DNA of 44,836 nucleotides from Pseudobdellovibrionaceae bacterium (GTDB lineage Bacteria; Bdellovibrionota; Bdellovibrionia; Bdellovibrionales; JAMPXM01): NCBI GenBank assembly GCA_023701225.1, contig JAMPXM010000002.1, positions 1 to 44,836 of the forward strand, read 5' to 3'. Shown piece by piece: positions 42,399 to 44,836 of this stretch (position 1 is its first letter; each line of letters starts with the position of its first letter). The notes under the pieces were generated by a model. It saw only the letters and a program-made list of their open reading frames with translations, ran no database searches and was not told where the DNA came from. The position numbers and the translations under genes were made by a program.

Positions 42399-43438
42399 CT
42401 CAGTCCACGCCGCTGGATTCTCAAAAGCTGGAAGCCTGGTTGCGCCAGCTGGAGACGGCGCTCGCCGACGTAAGCGTCATCGACCGCTCGGATATCCTCA
42501 TGGAGATACACGCGCACATTCGCGACTCCTACGATCGCGGAGGTCGGACGCTTGACGATATTCTCTCTTCCTTGGGAGAACCCACGCAGGTCGCCAATCG
42601 CTTTCGCTTGGAACGCGGGATGCAACCTGTCGTCGTGCCGCGCGCGCACTCCGCGGCCGGATCTTTTTTCAAGTGGGCGACCATCGGTGTCCTCGGTTTC
42701 TTAGCCATTATGACTCTGGGCGGAGTGCTCTTGGTCAGCAAGTTTTTTCCCCTCATCCAGGTCGATGAAAAAGAAAATCGCGTTCGAATCCTGGGCGGCC
42801 TTATCGACATTCAGGATGATCACATCGCCGGCCGTCTGGCCGAAGAAATCAAGGACGATTTACAAGACGATATGCAGATTCATATCGGAGGACGGACGGA
42901 AGATAAGCCTCACGGGATCACCGGCAAGAGCAAGCGGACTTTTAAAGGAGAGTTTCCCGGCCCACTGAACGCCGTGACGTTTTCCGCGTCCAATGGCGAA
43001 CTGCAAATGCAAACCCACGAGGGCACGCAACTCGAGTACAACTGTCAAGTCAGCGGAGGCGGCCACCAGCCCCCACGCGACTTCGCCACTCATCTCAATC
43101 AGCAGGCGAAACTGGATTTCTCGTCTTTCTCGGGAGCGAAATGCCAACTCAGCGTGCCCGTTCAGTCCGCAGTGCGCGTGGAGATTGCCAACGGCGATGT
43201 GAAGCTCACCGATATGCGCAATCCGGTGACCGCGAAGCTCGACAATGGACGTATTGTTTTCGGCAAGCATCCTGGCGCGATCTACAAGCTCAATACCAAG
43301 GTGATCAACGGCGTGGTTTCAGGTCTCTCGGAATTCGAGTCCGCGCAGGCGACAGAGCAAACAAAAAACGGCGCTCCAAAAGGAGAGCTTTATTCAGCGG
43401 AACTGGAAGTGACCAATGGAGGCATCCGCATCGAGTGA
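42395..43438 (+). CDS. membrane protein with N-terminal DUF1700/HAAS-like domain and C-terminal DUF4097-like (putative adhesin) beta-rich domain
   Basis: The start overlaps the padR stop (ATGA). LEAWLRQLETALADVSVIDRSDILMEIHAHIRDSY...ILSSLGEPTQVANRF, then one TM (ATIGVLGFLAIMTLGGVLLV). The C-terminus has repeated NGDVKL / NGRIVF / NGGIRIE strings. Confidence 0.7.
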   Translation: MTQSTPLDSQKLEAWLRQLETALADVSVIDRSDILMEIHAHIRDSYDRGGRTLDDILSSLGEPTQVANRFRLERGMQPVVVPRAHSAAGSFFKWATIGVLGFLAIMTLGGVLLVSKFFPLIQVDEKENRVRILGGLIDIQDDHIAGRLAEEIKDDLQDDMQIHIGGRTEDKPHGITGKSKRTFKGEFPGPLNAVTFSASNGELQMQTHEGTQLEYNCQVSGGGHQPPRDFATHLNQQAKLDFSSFSGAKCQLSVPVQSAVRVEIANGDVKLTDMRNPVTAKLDNGRIVFGKHPGAIYKLNTKVINGVVSGLSEFESAQATEQTKNGAPKGELYSAELEVTNGGIRIE

Positions 43439-43512
43439 CTGTATCGAACGACTGTATCAAATGGATAGATGCTGCGGATCCGTTCTCAGCCGAATCCGCA
43501 GGCCGCTCTGAT

Positions 43513-44580
43513 TCAGCGAAAGCAACTCGTCGCCATGTAGCCTTGTGCTCCGGATTCGGAACGGACGGACATCCAACCCGGCTCGGCCTTTTTCGCATAG
43601 AGGCGATCGCCGACTTTTTGTTGACCCGTGGCCACCGCATCTTTGGTCGCTTGCGAATGGATGGTGCACTCATGCTTCACGCGCACCCAACCTTCGGTCC
43701 GCCCGCCGGTCGAACGCGCATCAACTCCACTCGCGGCGGAGACAGATAACGGATCCACGACAGAGGCCGTGCTACGATCCCCTTCACCCTGTGGCTCTTC
43801 CGTATCTGATGCTTGCGCCTTCGGTTGCCCTCCTGGCGCAGGCAATTTGTAAAGCCGCAAAGTCTTGGCGCGCTGAACGATCGAGGCGTCGAGTTCTTTG
43901 AGTTCCTTGCGTTTGGCTGCGAGCTTCGCGCGCATCTCTTGCACGTCTTTATTGCTGCTCGCCTTGCTTTTCACCAAGGCACGCTCTTCAGCGACGATCC
44001 TGGCCTTAGCTGTTTTGATCTCTGCCATCGTTTTTTGAACGTCCTGTTTTGTCGCTTCGGCTGCGGCAACGACTTTGTTTTTTCGCGCCACGAGGGCATC
44101 GGCTTCCTGCGTCGCATGATCGCGCTCCGCGATCGCGGCCTCGAGTGTCACCTTAGCATGATCCAGTTTCTCTTGAGCCACCCGCATCTGCTCTTCCGCA
44201 GCGGCTTGGCGCGCCTTCGCTTCGGCGATTTTTTTCTCTGCGGCCATACGGTCGGCATTGGCGCGTTTTTCTTCATCCGTCCACTTGCGAATTTTCGCCT
44301 TCGCTTCCGTTTCCACTTGCTTGGCGCGATCCGCTTCACGAATGGCTTGGCGCTTGGCTTCCGCAGCGCGCACTTTTTCTTCTTCCGCCCGCTTGCGTGC
44401 TTCTTCCTCTTCGGCAATCGCAGCCTCGGAGTCCGCGAGCGACTCCTCCACTTCGATCATGTCCTCTTCCTCGGCGAACGCCGTCATCGGCGCCTGCGTT
44501 GCCAAGACGATCGCGATCATCATGGTCATGGTCATCGAAACGGAAGCGTATCTCATCCACTTTGCTGTCGTACTCTGCAT
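43513..44580 (-). CDS. secreted A/E/K-rich coiled-coil protein with C-terminal bacterial SH3 domain
   Basis: AAGGTGG lies before the ATG at 44580, followed by a signal peptide ending MTAFAEE. There is ~250 aa of TolA-like AEEKRA coiled coil. The C-terminal GWVRVKHECTIHSQATKDAVATGQQKVGDRLYAKKAEPGWMSVRSESGAQGYMATSCF is SH3b-like. Confidence 0.7.
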   Translation of the reverse strand: MQSTTAKWMRYASVSMTMTMMIAIVLATQAPMTAFAEEEDMIEVEESLADSEAAIAEEEEARKRAEEEKVRAAEAKRQAIREADRAKQVETEAKAKIRKWTDEEKRANADRMAAEKKIAEAKARQAAAEEQMRVAQEKLDHAKVTLEAAIAERDHATQEADALVARKNKVVAAAEATKQDVQKTMAEIKTAKARIVAEERALVKSKASSNKDVQEMRAKLAAKRKELKELDASIVQRAKTLRLYKLPAPGGQPKAQASDTEEPQGEGDRSTASVVDPLSVSAASGVDARSTGGRTEGWVRVKHECTIHSQATKDAVATGQQKVGDRLYAKKAEPGWMSVRSESGAQGYMATSCFR

Positions 44581-44836
44581 GATTCCACCTTCCCGCCACG
44601 CTATCCTTTCGGAACTTCGCTTGAATTCCTGAAGTGATACGACCAATCAAGTGTGAGACTTTCGCGATGCTTCAGAGAATGGCCGACGAAGGCCGGCCTC
44701 GACGGGCGAAAAACGGCGCTCAAGTACAATCCCCGCTTCGTCCTTTCAATAACTTAAGTCAGGTCAGGGGTCGGCACCGACCTTGCTCTAGGGACAGTCA
44801 CCCCCCTTTGAGCCGCCTGGCCCCCCCACCCCCACC

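Noticed and set aside
44700-44836. Possible tmRNA 3-prime end (…cccccacc at the edge), TPP riboswitch (ggggtg … accc…cctga on the minus strand), or RNase P or SRP fragments
   Set aside because: There is no GGTTCGA-type T-loop for tmRNA and no CTGAGA core for a TPP element. The downstream minus-strand gene is not thiamine-related. The short matches to RNase P (gagcaagg) and SRP (gtcaggtcagg) are out of order and lack the conserved neighbours.

Overview
This is a 44.8-kb chromosomal window from a Gram-negative bacterium with moderately high GC. Many lipoproteins, secreted hydrolases and an unusual F-Q-N-C signal-peptide motif suggest a Bdellovibrionota or Oligoflexia-like organism, but that is a low-confidence inference. 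About 9-44.8 kb is mostly core and envelope genes: lepB, pyrC, an RsmB/NOP-type RNA methyltransferase, sppA, greB and folC. It also holds a PadR module, a cupredoxin/DUF4142 pair, a putative porin, a large zinc-metalloprotease operon and many hypothetical lipoproteins. The first ~7.7 kb is different. It holds a truncated trypsin-like protease gene, an apparently intact IS630-family element, a decayed IS66-family element with a second copy of its end sequence, and a Sec-exported two-domain protein. That protein's C-terminus carries all three R-S-ExE ADP-ribosyltransferase toxin motifs. Next come a recombinase-domain protein lacking a catalytic domain, a tiny membrane protein and a DUF4143-type AAA ATPase. 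The ADP-ribosyltransferase fusion protein is my best candidate for something new. Other points worth following are below.
- An identical 18-bp operator-like motif sits in two divergent promoter regions around an ArsR-type regulator.
- Four to five tandem 32-bp hairpin/T-tract units follow pyrC.
- A lipoprotein is built from about eleven 18-19-residue RGG-type repeats.
- An ~800-bp non-coding stretch carries an orphan intrinsic terminator and stacked hairpins.
- An MBL-hydrolase gene is translationally coupled to a STAS-zinc-ribbon gene.
No rRNA, tRNA or CRISPR array could be supported. All family assignments come from motif recognition by eye, not from searches.
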